Source of the DNA: Salinivirgaceae bacterium
Lineage (GTDB): Bacteria; Bacteroidota; Bacteroidia; Bacteroidales; SZUA-534
Assembly (NCBI GenBank): GCA_017474765.1
Contig: JAFVGW010000016.1
Location: forward strand, 4,775-68,774
Direction of reading: 5' to 3'
DNA: 64,000 nucleotides
In this document: piece by piece, positions 39,801 to 49,940 of the stretch
How positions within the stretch are numbered: the stretch's first letter is position 1
How the letters are laid out: each line of letters opens with the position of its first letter
Program-made: the position numbers and the translations under genes
Notes under the pieces: model-generated
Seen by the model: the letters and a program-made list of their open reading frames with translations, nothing else
Told to the model about the DNA's origin: nothing
Database searches by the model: none

Positions 39801-40028
39801 CCAATGGCCTTGAGCCGTTCTGAAGGTTCGGAAATGTGGATTCCAATGGGTATTGTGGTCATCGGCGGCCTTCTGGTTTCGACCGTGGTAACGCTGCTGG
39901 TTGTGCCTGTGCTCTACTCGATTATGTCGCGCCATGGCGAACGCGATAAGGAAGAGGAAATCCGCCACTCGTTCATCTTCTTCGATATGGACGAGGATTC
40001 GGTTTACGACAGCCGTGTTAACAAATAA
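36834..40028 (+). CDS. RND efflux permease (AcrB/AcrD/AcrF family)
   Basis: IGMVVDDAIVVLENI, GIVVKNGIVLVD, RLRPVLMT. Confidence 0.95.
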   Translation: MSIYKTSINHPVTTSLIFVAVMIIGLFSLKQLPIDQFPEMDPPYVMVMTTYGGANASEIETNVSRLMENTLNSVDGLKEMNTISKDNISVVTMEFEWGLNLDDIVNDVRSYVDMVKDNLPDGCSTPFIFKFSSSAMPIMMYAVTANESYSGLEKIIDDDIIPQLNRVNGIGNISMSGQPTRNVYIDIEQEKLDAYGIPLELVGQAISANNLNMSSGNVKMSKEQYALQVRSEYASSAEINNIVVTTTPAGKQIFVRDIATVRDTIKDLSLDEKINGREGVRLMITKQSGANAVQICKDVRETLKEMKDNLPADINIENIYDSSEEIQNAINSLAESIMYALLFVVLVVLFFLGRWRATVIIGLTIPIALIVAFIYLLAVGSSLNIISLCSLTIAIGMVVDDAIVVLENITKHIERGSSPREAAIYATNEVWISVIATTLVIVAVFVPLTMLSGMAGILFKELGWIVTIAVCTSTTVAISLTPMLASIMLKGKNLVIENGKIVEKKAAVKKWSYENTVVRLLDKIDALYARLLRVCLNHKKLTMTGIVGFFALSLLPAILGFIGTDFMQQSDNARVNVTIELQRGTRIEETLKTARKLEARFRELIPEIEIISTSAGTNDDASVGALFSSTNNNKISMIVRCSKMYDRERSIFEIAEVLREEMKQYPEINKYFCSTSGGMGAQSVDVEIYGYDFDQTSLLAEEIRQMINDSIQGARDAQVSREEDRAELNVKVDKEKLALHGLTSATVATYVRNRVNGMTVGFLKEDGDEYSIIVRLKEENRNSISDLENLTIPSATGAQIKLKELATIEEYWCPPQIDRRNRQRIVTVSVTPYDTSLGELAEDVKALIARNVKTTPGITVKIGGSYEDQQDTFADMGLLLALIVMLVFVVMASQFESLKKPFIIMMAVPFAISGVILALWITNTTLDMIGALGVVMLVGIVVKNGIVLVDYINLMRDRGYELNEAIALSGQSRLRPVLMTAATTILGMLPMALSRSEGSEMWIPMGIVVIGGLLVSTVVTLLVVPVLYSIMSRHGERDKEEEIRHSFIFFDMDEDSVYDSRVNK

Positions 40029-40029
40029 C

Positions 40030-40050
40030 TGAAGGATTGAAGGATTGAAT
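40030..40050 (+). repeat. TGAAGGAT octamer tract directly after the RND stop codon
   Basis: TGAAGGAT TGAAGGAT TGAAT. Confidence 0.65.
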
Positions 40051-40067
40051 AACTTAATTGAACGACA

Positions 40068-40361
40068 ATGAAAGCAGTATTTATAGTATACAATCAGGCA
40101 AATACAGAGCGTGTTGAGTATATGCTCGACCGCCTTGGCATAAAGGGATTCACCTATTGGGAAGACGTTCAGGGGCAGGGCTCGGTTGACGGCGAACCAC
40201 GCCGCGGAACGCACACCTGGCCCGAAATGAACTCGGCCATCATCACCGTTGTCGAGGACGAAATAGTGCCCGAACTCTTGAGCCGCATCAAACGCTTGGA
40301 CAACCGCAACAAAGAGGTCGGCGTACGGGCATTTGTTTGGAATGTGGAAGCGACGGTGTGA
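40068..40361 (+). CDS. PG0541-type transporter-associated P-II-like protein
   Basis: MKAVFIVYNQA..GFTYWEDVQGQGSVDGEPRRGTHTWP; last gene of the RND operon. Confidence 0.8.
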   Translation: MKAVFIVYNQANTERVEYMLDRLGIKGFTYWEDVQGQGSVDGEPRRGTHTWPEMNSAIITVVEDEIVPELLSRIKRLDNRNKEVGVRAFVWNVEATV

Positions 40362-40367
40362 TTGAAG

Positions 40368-40455
40368 TCCCGATAGCTATCGGGATGAAGGATTGAAGGA
40401 CTGAAGGACTGAAGGATTTAGGATTTAGGATTGTAGAGACGCGATTAATCGCGTC
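40368..40455. repeat. Composite repeat: 18-bp palindrome, TGAAGGA(C/T) tract and GTAG-type REP-like palindrome
   Basis: TCCCGATAGCTATCGGGA (40368-40385); octamers 40386-40432; GTAGA-GACGCGATTAATCGCGTC (40433-40455). Confidence 0.75.
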
Positions 40456-40486
40456 CGCCCCGATTCACCGACACATATCCTACCGC

Positions 40487-40524
40487 AAAAAAGTCTCATT
40501 CTTGATTGAATGGGGCTTTTTTTG
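40487..40524 (+). terminator. Probable terminator of the efflux operon
   Basis: AAAAAAGTCTCATTC...GAATGGGGCTTTTTT stem (G:U pairs) with T-run. Confidence 0.6.
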
Positions 40525-40584
40525 TAAACAAACATAACCTTAATGAACCAACCTATCCGCAGGCGGATAATTGTGATTTGAGCC

Positions 40585-40623
40585 AAAAAAAATGTCCCGC
40601 AGCAAGAGCCACGGGACATTTTC
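40585..40623 (-). terminator. Probable gyrB terminator
   Basis: AAAATGTCCCG...CGGGACATTTT stem with long A-run on +. Confidence 0.7.
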
Positions 40624-40644
40624 GTATCAAGTAAACAAAGCCGT

Positions 40645-42618
<1,974 letters not shown>

Positions 42619-42804
42619 TTAAAATTTTGTGTTTCAATTAATTAATTGGCAAAATTACACCTTCGCCAAAACAAACAAATATAGCCATTACCCCTCGCCT
42701 CCCAAACCGCCGCAACGTCAATTTTCGATAACTTTTAAACACGAATTCAACAAAAAACGAGAAGCATTTTTTGCCTATAATTACAAGAGGCTAATTTCAA
42801 CTTA

Positions 42805-43238
42805 TCAATTGGATTTGATTAATGTAACATCCTCAAAACCAGTTATTCCAACATCAACAGCCAAAAATTGGTGAATTTTGATAGTATCATTTGATATAAA
42901 TTCAACTTTATGCTTTGTTGTTTTTCTTTCTTCATCTATTTCATAGTTTCTTGTAACCTGTATAGAATCTTCACTTAAAACTTTATAAGACAAATTATTA
43001 ATGGAGTGGGTTTTATCGTATATCATTGTCCAATTAATATTTCCATCATTTGAAAATGTAAATATGATACAACCATTACAAGGAATGATTTCTACCCATG
43101 TTCCAACGAGCTTTTTTTCACTGTAGTTTCTATTTCAGTTTCTTCTTCTGTCTCAACCGTTTTTAAATTCGTTTCATCTTTTGAACAAGCAGATGCCAAT
43201 AATAACATGATTACCAACAATATACAAGCTTTTTTCAT
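42805..43238 (-). pseudogene. Frameshifted lipoprotein gene (lipocalin-like KLVGTW start)
   Basis: MKKACILLVIMLLLASACSKDE... stops after 48 aa; the alternate frame continues KLVGTWVEIIPCNGC... into ORF 42805-43026; shift at an A7 run (T7 at 43112-43118). Confidence 0.7.
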
Positions 43239-43642
43239 GGCTTTAACAAATTAAAAGTGTCAGATTGGAATTTTTCAGAAGGATAATAACAATTAATAAA
43301 ATTATTGATAATCAAAGTATTATTAATTATCTCCACTTTGTATTCAAATGGTTTTATAAATGCTATTTCTTCTGCACCTTTCCAATCCAAAAACAACATA
43401 TCTTGTTTTATATAATATGAATAAATGTACCTATATGGTTGCCCACATAAAAGTACTTGTTGTCCACTATAATCTTTCGGACCTCTGTACATCATGCTAT
43501 CAGTAAATCTTAATGTGTCGGTTCCTGTTTTGGCATCAATCCATATAGTATTTTTGAGCGCTTCTTTTATATCAGATTCATCTTTTGTACAATTAGAAGC
43601 AAATAATAACAGAACAGCTAATAACAAACGAGTCTTTTTCAT
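43235..43642 (-). CDS. Hypothetical lipoprotein in AT-rich segment
   Basis: MKKTRLLLAVLLLFASNC-TKDE lipoprotein-type signal; ATGA overlap with the next gene. Confidence 0.7.
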   Translation of the reverse strand: MKKTRLLLAVLLLFASNCTKDESDIKEALKNTIWIDAKTGTDTLRFTDSMMYRGPKDYSGQQVLLCGQPYRYIYSYYIKQDMLFLDWKGAEEIAFIKPFEYKVEIINNTLIINNFINCYYPSEKFQSDTFNLLKP

Positions 43643-43799
43643 AAATCACTAAAATTTAGTTCGTTAAAAGAATAAAGGATGCAAACAACTATTAGAAAAA
43701 CACACAAATATACAATTATTAGGTGAAATGATTTTGGTTTAATAAATGATTCTCTGCTGGCATAAATTTTGCTGTCGGGTTGGACAAAAATCTTAAAAA

Positions 43800-44534
43800 A
43801 TGGCAGACAAATTCAAAACCACCTTTCAGGTTTACACCAATAATGCTGATTCGAGGAAAATGGCCAAACCTGGCTCGCTTTTCGCATATTTTATTGAGGC
43901 TGCAAGCATGCACGCCGAACGACTGGGCATCGGCCACAAGGCACTGCAGGACAACCACAACGCATTCTGGGCGCTCTCGAAAGTGCATTTCGATATTTAC
44001 AAAACGCCGTCGTGGCACGATGTACTGACGGTAACCACCTGGCCTTCAGGTTATAACCGTCTGTTTGCGCGCCGCTATTTCCAGATTGCCAATGCCAGCG
44101 GCGAGGTGATTGTTGAAGGTGCATCTGACTGGGTGATAATGAGTTTCGAGAACCGCAGCCTCTGCAATGTGCAGTCGATTGTGGAAAACGTTGCACAGTT
44201 CAACCTTGAGCAGGAGCATCTGAACCTGAACACAGCCAAAGTGCAGCCCGCCGATGCCGAAAAGGCCGTGAAAACCGTACGCCGCGTGATGTTCAGCGAC
44301 CTCGACATGAACAACCACCTGACCAGCATGCGCTATCTCGACTGGACAATGGACTGCATCAGCACAGACTACCTCAACTCGCATCTGGCAAAATCAGTGG
44401 ATATAAATTTCCTACACGAAATGCCTGTGGGCGAAGATGTTACACTGACATGCCAGCAAGACGGCGACACGTTTGTGGTTTCGGGAACATTGGCAAACGG
44501 CAAGACATCGTTCGCAGCAAAAATCGCCTACTGA
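43800..44534 (+). CDS. Acyl-ACP thioesterase (FatA/FatB type)
   Basis: Double hotdog fold motifs; VTTWPSG, SDWVIM, FSDLDMNNH..RYLDW. Confidence 0.88.
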   Translation: MADKFKTTFQVYTNNADSRKMAKPGSLFAYFIEAASMHAERLGIGHKALQDNHNAFWALSKVHFDIYKTPSWHDVLTVTTWPSGYNRLFARRYFQIANASGEVIVEGASDWVIMSFENRSLCNVQSIVENVAQFNLEQEHLNLNTAKVQPADAEKAVKTVRRVMFSDLDMNNHLTSMRYLDWTMDCISTDYLNSHLAKSVDINFLHEMPVGEDVTLTCQQDGDTFVVSGTLANGKTSFAAKIAY

Positions 44535-44654
44535 AGGACTGAAGGATTGAATGCGTGAAGGATGAAGGACAGAATGCGTGAAGGATGAAGGACAGAATGC
44601 GTGAAGGATTGAAGGATTGAAGGACTGAAGGACTGAATACGTGAAGGATTGAAT
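44532..44654 (+). repeat. Tandem array of ~15 TGAAGGA(C/T)/GAATGCG units beginning at the stop codon
   Basis: 8-nt periodicity with a 23-nt higher-order unit GAATGCGTGAAGGATGAAGGACA repeated. Confidence 0.9.
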
Positions 44655-44794
44655 TTAAGAAAATCATTCAAAATCAATTTTTTATAAATTTTGAATAAGA
44701 TTTTCTTAAAATTTCTCGCGAAGCGATACCAAATTTTATATCGGCTTGCCGATAAATTCAGTTTGAATCGTTTTCTTTGCTGAAAATTACGGTC

Positions 44795-45496
44795 ATGCAC
44801 ATTTTCTACACACCGCAGATAGCAAACGGACAATGCACCTTGTCGGAGGAGGAATCGAAGCACTGTATCAAGGTGTTACGGCTTGTGCCAGGCGACAAAG
44901 TGCTGCTGATTGACGGCGTTGGCGGCTACCACACGGCCGAAATCGCCGACCCGAATCCGAAACGCTGCACGCTGACCATCACCAATACCATAAATAATTA
45001 CGAACAACGCCCCTACCGCATCCACATCGCCATTGCGCCCACAAAAAACATAGACCGCACGGAATGGTTTGTGGAGAAGGCCGTTGAGATTGGAATTGAT
45101 GAGATTACGATGCTCGTCAGCCAGCACTCCGAGCGGAAAAATGTGAATCTGGACCGCATCGAGAAAATCATTGTTTCGGCTATGAAACAATCGGTCAAGG
45201 CATACAAGCCTGTGCTGAACGACATCACCCCTTTCGACAAGTTTGTCGAGACGCCGCGCGACGGCCGCAAACTGATTGCGTACTGCATTGAAAGTGAGAA
45301 ACATCCGCTCAAAGCGATGGTTGACGACTGCAACGAATACACCGTGCTGATTGGCCCTGAAGGCGATTTCTCGCCCGAAGAAGTTGCGCTTGCCGCCGCC
45401 AACGGCTACTCGCCCATCGACCTTGGGCCCTACCGCTTGCGCACCGAAACGGCGGCTCTTGTGGCGTGCCACACAATCAATCTTTTGAAACAATGA
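44795..45496 (+). CDS. rsmE: 16S rRNA m3U1498 methyltransferase
   Basis: HCIKVLRL, EKAVEIG, SAMKQS, IGPEGDFS, LGPYRLRTETA. Confidence 0.95.
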   Translation: MHIFYTPQIANGQCTLSEEESKHCIKVLRLVPGDKVLLIDGVGGYHTAEIADPNPKRCTLTITNTINNYEQRPYRIHIAIAPTKNIDRTEWFVEKAVEIGIDEITMLVSQHSERKNVNLDRIEKIIVSAMKQSVKAYKPVLNDITPFDKFVETPRDGRKLIAYCIESEKHPLKAMVDDCNEYTVLIGPEGDFSPEEVALAAANGYSPIDLGPYRLRTETAALVACHTINLLKQ

Positions 45497-46143
45497 GGCG
45501 ATTTGCGGCCATATTGATTTTGCTGCTTGGCGCGACAATGGCGCAAGCACAGCCCGTGCGCATCGCTCTGCTGAAATACAACGGCGGCGGCGACTGGTAC
45601 GCCAACCCCACTTCGCTGCCAAACCTGATTGAATATTGCAACAAGAACATCGGCACCAACATCAATCCCGACCCAGCAACGGTTGACGTGGGCAGTGCCG
45701 ACCTGTTCAACTATCCGCTTGTGCACCTGACGGGCCATGGCAATATTGTCTTTTCGGAGTCCGATGTGCTGAACCTGCGCAAATATCTGGCCGCAGGCGG
45801 ATTTCTGCACATCGACAACAATTACGGCATTGAGCAGTACGTTCGGCGCGAGATGAAGAAGGTGCTACCCGACCAGGAATTTATTGAACTGCCGTTCAGC
45901 CATGCCATTTATCACACTGTTTATCAATTCGATAATGGTCTGCCTAAAATTCACGAGCACGACAATCTGCCGCCGCAAGGTTTCGGCTTGTTTGTTGATG
46001 GACGGCTGGTCTGCTTCTTCAGCCACGAGTGTGACCTTGGCGACGGCTGGGAGGACCCGAGCGTCCACAACGACCCGATGGAAAAGCACATTGAAGCCCT
46101 TCAGATGGGCGCCAACATTGTGAGTTTTGTGTTCAGCCACTGA
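45493..46143 (+). CDS. DUF4159 domain-containing secreted protein
   Basis: LKYNGGGDWYANP, LTGHG, GGFLHIDNNYG, DLGDGWE. Confidence 0.8.
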   Translation: MRRFAAILILLLGATMAQAQPVRIALLKYNGGGDWYANPTSLPNLIEYCNKNIGTNINPDPATVDVGSADLFNYPLVHLTGHGNIVFSESDVLNLRKYLAAGGFLHIDNNYGIEQYVRREMKKVLPDQEFIELPFSHAIYHTVYQFDNGLPKIHEHDNLPPQGFGLFVDGRLVCFFSHECDLGDGWEDPSVHNDPMEKHIEALQMGANIVSFVFSH

Positions 46144-46256
46144 TAAATAGAGAGTTAGAGCGTTTGAGAAATAGTGAGAGATAGATTGTTAAACTTGCTT
46201 TACAGCTTTACACCTAAAACTAACTCCCAACTCCTAATTCCTAACTCCTAAATACC
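46144..46256. repeat. Purine-rich then pyrimidine-rich low-complexity tract
   Basis: AGAGTTAGAG/TGAGAAATAG after the stop; AACTCC(C/T)/AATTCCT 7-mers at about 46222-46250. Confidence 0.55.
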
Positions 46257-46260
46257 AAAT

Positions 46261-46275
46261 TGCAACCGATTGTTA
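46261..46275. promoter_or_regulatory. Putative LacI-type operator TGCAACCGATTGTTA
   Basis: Identical to 30271-30285; weaker copy TACAACCGAAAGCA at 46319. Confidence 0.65.
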
Positions 46276-46374
46276 TTTTTGTTGCATTTTGTTCCGAGTG
46301 TCGATTTTTTGCATATTTTACAACCGAAAGCATTTTAACTAAACACATATAGTAACACACTAAAAATCAAGACT

Positions 46375-47592
46375 ATGAGACGTTTAAACAGTATCAGAAT
46401 TTATTGTTTGATGGCTTGCGCGATGATGGTTGCGGGATGCTCGCAACAGACTGCGCAACAAACTGACACACAGCGCTGGGTTGGAACCTGGGGCACAGCC
46501 GTGCAACTCACCGAGCCGCACAACTGCCCGCCAGAGCCAGGAATCAGCGGAAACACCATTCGTCAGAAAATCCGCGTGTCAATCGGCGGCGAGACCGTGC
46601 GCCTGAAACTCTCGAACGAGTTCGGCAACGACGTGCTGAAGATTGCCGCCGTGAGCCTCGCCCCCGCCCTCGAAGGCAGCAAAATTGACGCCGCAAAGGC
46701 TGTGAACGTTCTGTTCGGCGGAAAACAGGCCATTGATATTGAGAAAGGCAAATCGGTTATTTCCGACGCGCTGCAGTTTGCGCTGACACCGCGTATGGAC
46801 GTGGCCGTGACCATTGCCTACACCTTTGTGCCGAGCGACATTACTGGCCACCCAGGCTCACGCACCACTTCGTACATTCTGACAGGTAACGAACTGAATA
46901 ACACCGATTTCGCCGATGCCGTCACCACTGACCACTGGTACACCATTGAGCGCCTCGACGTGGTGGCCGACGAACCCACGGCAGCCATTGCCATTGTGGG
47001 CAACTCAATCACCGACGGCCGCGGCTCAACGACCAATCAGGTCAACCGCTGGACCGACGTCTTCTCTGAGCGCCTGCTGGCCAATCCCGCCACAAGCAAA
47101 CTCGCCGTGCTCAATATGGGCATTGGCGGCAACTGCGTCATTCGCGGCGGACTGGGCCCCAACGCTTCGGTGCGCTTCAACCGCGATGTGATTGAGCAGC
47201 CTGGCGTTAAGTATGTCATTGTGTTTGAAGGCGTTAACGATATGGGCTACTCGCCAAATCCGTCGGCAACTGAGAAAGAACTGATTGACGCATACTCGAA
47301 GATGATTGACACAGCGCACGCCCACGGACTGAAGATTTACGGTGCCACCGTAACGCCGTTCAAAGAGTGCTTCTACGGCTCGCCCGAGAAGGAAGAGTGC
47401 CGTCTGGCCGTGAACAACTGGATTCGCACCTGCGGCAAGTTCGATGCCGTAATCGACTTTGAGAAAGCCATTTGCAGTGATTCGGACACTACCGTGATGA
47501 ACCCCAATCTGCACGACAACGACAACCTGCACCCCAACGCCAACGGTCACAAGGCTCTGGGTGAGTTTGTTGATTTAGGGCTGTTTGAGTAA
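46375..47592 (+). CDS. SGNH/GDSL hydrolase (esterase) lipoprotein
   Basis: GNSITDG, GIGGN, EGVND, DNLHPN catalytic blocks; lipobox VAGC. Confidence 0.9.
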   Translation: MRRLNSIRIYCLMACAMMVAGCSQQTAQQTDTQRWVGTWGTAVQLTEPHNCPPEPGISGNTIRQKIRVSIGGETVRLKLSNEFGNDVLKIAAVSLAPALEGSKIDAAKAVNVLFGGKQAIDIEKGKSVISDALQFALTPRMDVAVTIAYTFVPSDITGHPGSRTTSYILTGNELNNTDFADAVTTDHWYTIERLDVVADEPTAAIAIVGNSITDGRGSTTNQVNRWTDVFSERLLANPATSKLAVLNMGIGGNCVIRGGLGPNASVRFNRDVIEQPGVKYVIVFEGVNDMGYSPNPSATEKELIDAYSKMIDTAHAHGLKIYGATVTPFKECFYGSPEKEECRLAVNNWIRTCGKFDAVIDFEKAICSDSDTTVMNPNLHDNDNLHPNANGHKALGEFVDLGLFE

Positions 47593-47706
47593 AGTGTAGA
47601 GAGTAGAGTGTAAAGAGTAAAGGTTTAGAAAGATGAGTGACATTAGTTGTCTCAACAAGCGAAGCGACTAAACTTCTCAACAGCGAAGCGACTAAACCTT
47701 CTAAAC
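47593..47706. repeat. Purine-rich 7-mer tract plus ~22-nt direct repeat
   Basis: AGTGTAG/AGAGTAG/AGTGTAA/AGAGTAA after the stop; CTCAAC(A)AGCGAAGCGACTAAAC at 47651 and 47676. Confidence 0.65.
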
Positions 47707-47730
47707 GATTCACCGATTAAACATAGCAAA

Positions 47731-49353
47731 ATGAAACACCTATCAATCACCTTGTTAACCGCTGCCGCGATAATGTGCGGATGCAACGGTCAGAAGAGTG
47801 CAAGCACCGAAACGGGCTTCACCAACCCGATGATTTGGGCCGATGTGCCCGATATGTCGATGATGCGCGTAGGCGACACCTATTATATGAGCAGCACCAC
47901 AATGCATATGAACCCAGGCGTGCCAATTATGAAGTCGAAAGACCTGAGCAACTGGCAGATAGCGGGCTACGCATACGAGACTCTGGGCGACCAGGACGAG
48001 ACGATGCTCTTGAACGGCAAAAACACCTACGGCAAAGGCTCGTGGGCAAGTTGCATTCGCTACGTTGGCGGCAAATTCTTTGTCAGCACCTTCGACCAGG
48101 TGACTGGCAAAACCTACTTTTTCACCACCGACAACATTGAGAATGGCAAGTGGGAACGCCACGAGTTCCGTCCTTCGCACCACGACCATACCATTGTGTT
48201 TGAAGAAGATGGACACATTTATATGATAAACGGCGGCGGCAAAATCTTCATTCGCGAAGTTGAGCCCGATTTCAGCGGAATCAAGCCAGAATCAGAGAAA
48301 GTTCTGATTGAGAACGCTGGTCTGCCCGCAGGCGAAAACCTGATGCTTGGCGCCGAAGGCTCGCAGATGTTCAAAATCAACGGCAAGTACTATCTGTTCA
48401 ACATTTGCTGGCCGCGCGGCGGTGTACGCACCGTTATCTGCCACCGCGCCGACAGTTTGTTCGGCCCGTACGAAGGCCGCGTTGTGCTGCAGGACAAGGG
48501 CGTGGCTCAGGGCGGACTCATTGACACGCCCGACGGCCGCTGGTTCGCCTACCTGTTCGGCGACCGTGGCGCTGTGGGCCGTATCCCCTACCTTGTACCC
48601 GTTGTTTGGGAAGATGGATGGCCAGTTCTGGGCGTCGAAGGCAAAGTGCCCGAAACACTCGACCTGCCAAAGAACAAGAGCCTGATTCCTGGCATTGTCG
48701 ATAGCGATGAGTTCGACGGTGACCAGCCGAAAATTGTCTGGCAGTGGAACCACAATCCCGTGAACAGCCTCTGGACGATGACTGAGCGCAAAGGCTTTAT
48801 CCGCTTCCGCACCGACCGCACCGACACACTGTTCACCCAGAGCCGCAATATGCTCACGCAGCGCACCATTGGCCCGAAATGCTCGGGCAGCGCCTGTCTC
48901 GATGCCTCGAACCTGAAAGATGGCGACGTTGCGGGACTTGCCCTGCTGGCTGGAAAATTCGGCTTTGTGGCCATTCAGAACGACGGCAACAAGAAATCGA
49001 TTGTGATGGTTAACAACCAGCCCGAAGCCAACGCCGACGGTGCACCCTGGCCGCCACGCCGCGGCGTTCAGCACGTTGTGGCAAGCGTTCCTGTCGATGC
49101 CAGCACCGTCTATTTCAAAGCCGACTGCGACTTCAGCCGCATTGCCGACGAGAGCGCCATTGGCAGCCACGGCGTTGACAAGGCCGTCTTCCACTACTCG
49201 CTCGACGGCAAGCAATGGAACCAAATCGGCGACACCCTGCCAATGTAGTACAGCCTCGACCACTTTATGGGCCAGCGCTACGCACTCTTCTTCTACTCTA
49301 CCAAAGAGCCAGGCGGCTATGCCGATTTCGACTGGTTCAGGATTAGTGAGTAG
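47731..49353 (+). pseudogene. GH43 glycoside hydrolase lipoprotein with in-frame TAG at 49246-49248
   Basis: NPMIWADVPD, SSTTMHMNPG, WAS, AEGS, AQGG motifs; frame continues YSLDHFMGQRYALFFYSTKEPGGYADFDWFRISE* after the TAG. Confidence 0.85.
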
Positions 49354-49375
49354 CTAACATATTTTGATAGAATAT

Positions 49376-49408
49376 AACGGCTCTCGCCTTCGGGTGAGAG
49401 CCGTTTTT
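49376..49408 (+). terminator. Rho-independent terminator
   Basis: AACGGCTCTCGCC-TTCG-GGTGAGAGCCGTT plus T-run. Confidence 0.88.
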
Positions 49409-49519
49409 GGTTTTGTCAATTTCGAAGCCCACGAAAAGAAAGCTGATTTTACCATCATGAAGGTTGAATAAAAGAGATTGACATCGGCTTATTAACAATC
49501 ACCGTTTCTCTGTTTGCTA

Positions 49520-49598
49520 TACAACCGATTGCAATGGCATCAAAAACAATATATCGCTGATTATAAATATTTTAGTTTATCATTGCAACCGATTGCAA
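49520..49598. promoter_or_regulatory. Two putative LacI-type operators upstream of the SusC gene
   Basis: TACAACCGATTGCA (49520-49533) and TTGCAACCGATTGCAA (49583-49598); TAATTTTG -7 element at 49633. Confidence 0.7.
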
Positions 49599-49940
49599 AA
49601 TATGTTGCTATACAATTTTTTACACAAATATCTAATTTTGAAAACGAATTATCCGGATTTGAAAGCCCGTTTCTGCCCCACCCGGTACTTTTAGCATAAT
49701 CAAAATCGCCAAAAATTTGGTTATGGGGGAAATCAGATTCAACATTGATTTTAAAGGCGGAGAACTGGCTGTTTCATCACCCGCATTCACGCTCGTTTCA
49801 CCAATAATATTGTGCGACATTGATTCTGGCGCGGACAACGCATCGGTTCATGAGGAAAATTTCGACATCTGCCACACCACGTTTGTATGTGGCTGGCAAA
49901 AATGCGGAACTATACTATTTAATAACTAAACACCAATTTT

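Noticed and set aside
44532-44654. CRISPR array
   Set aside because: Units are 7-8 nt with no unique spacers, and there are no cas genes in the window
44440-44863. Minus-strand ORFs with SILQSF repeats
   Set aside because: They are translations of the octamer DNA repeat
49246-49248. Genome-wide TAG recoding or pyrrolysine
   Set aside because: cdd, the LacI gene and others end at TAG at their expected lengths; no pyl genes; no other gene has an internal TAG
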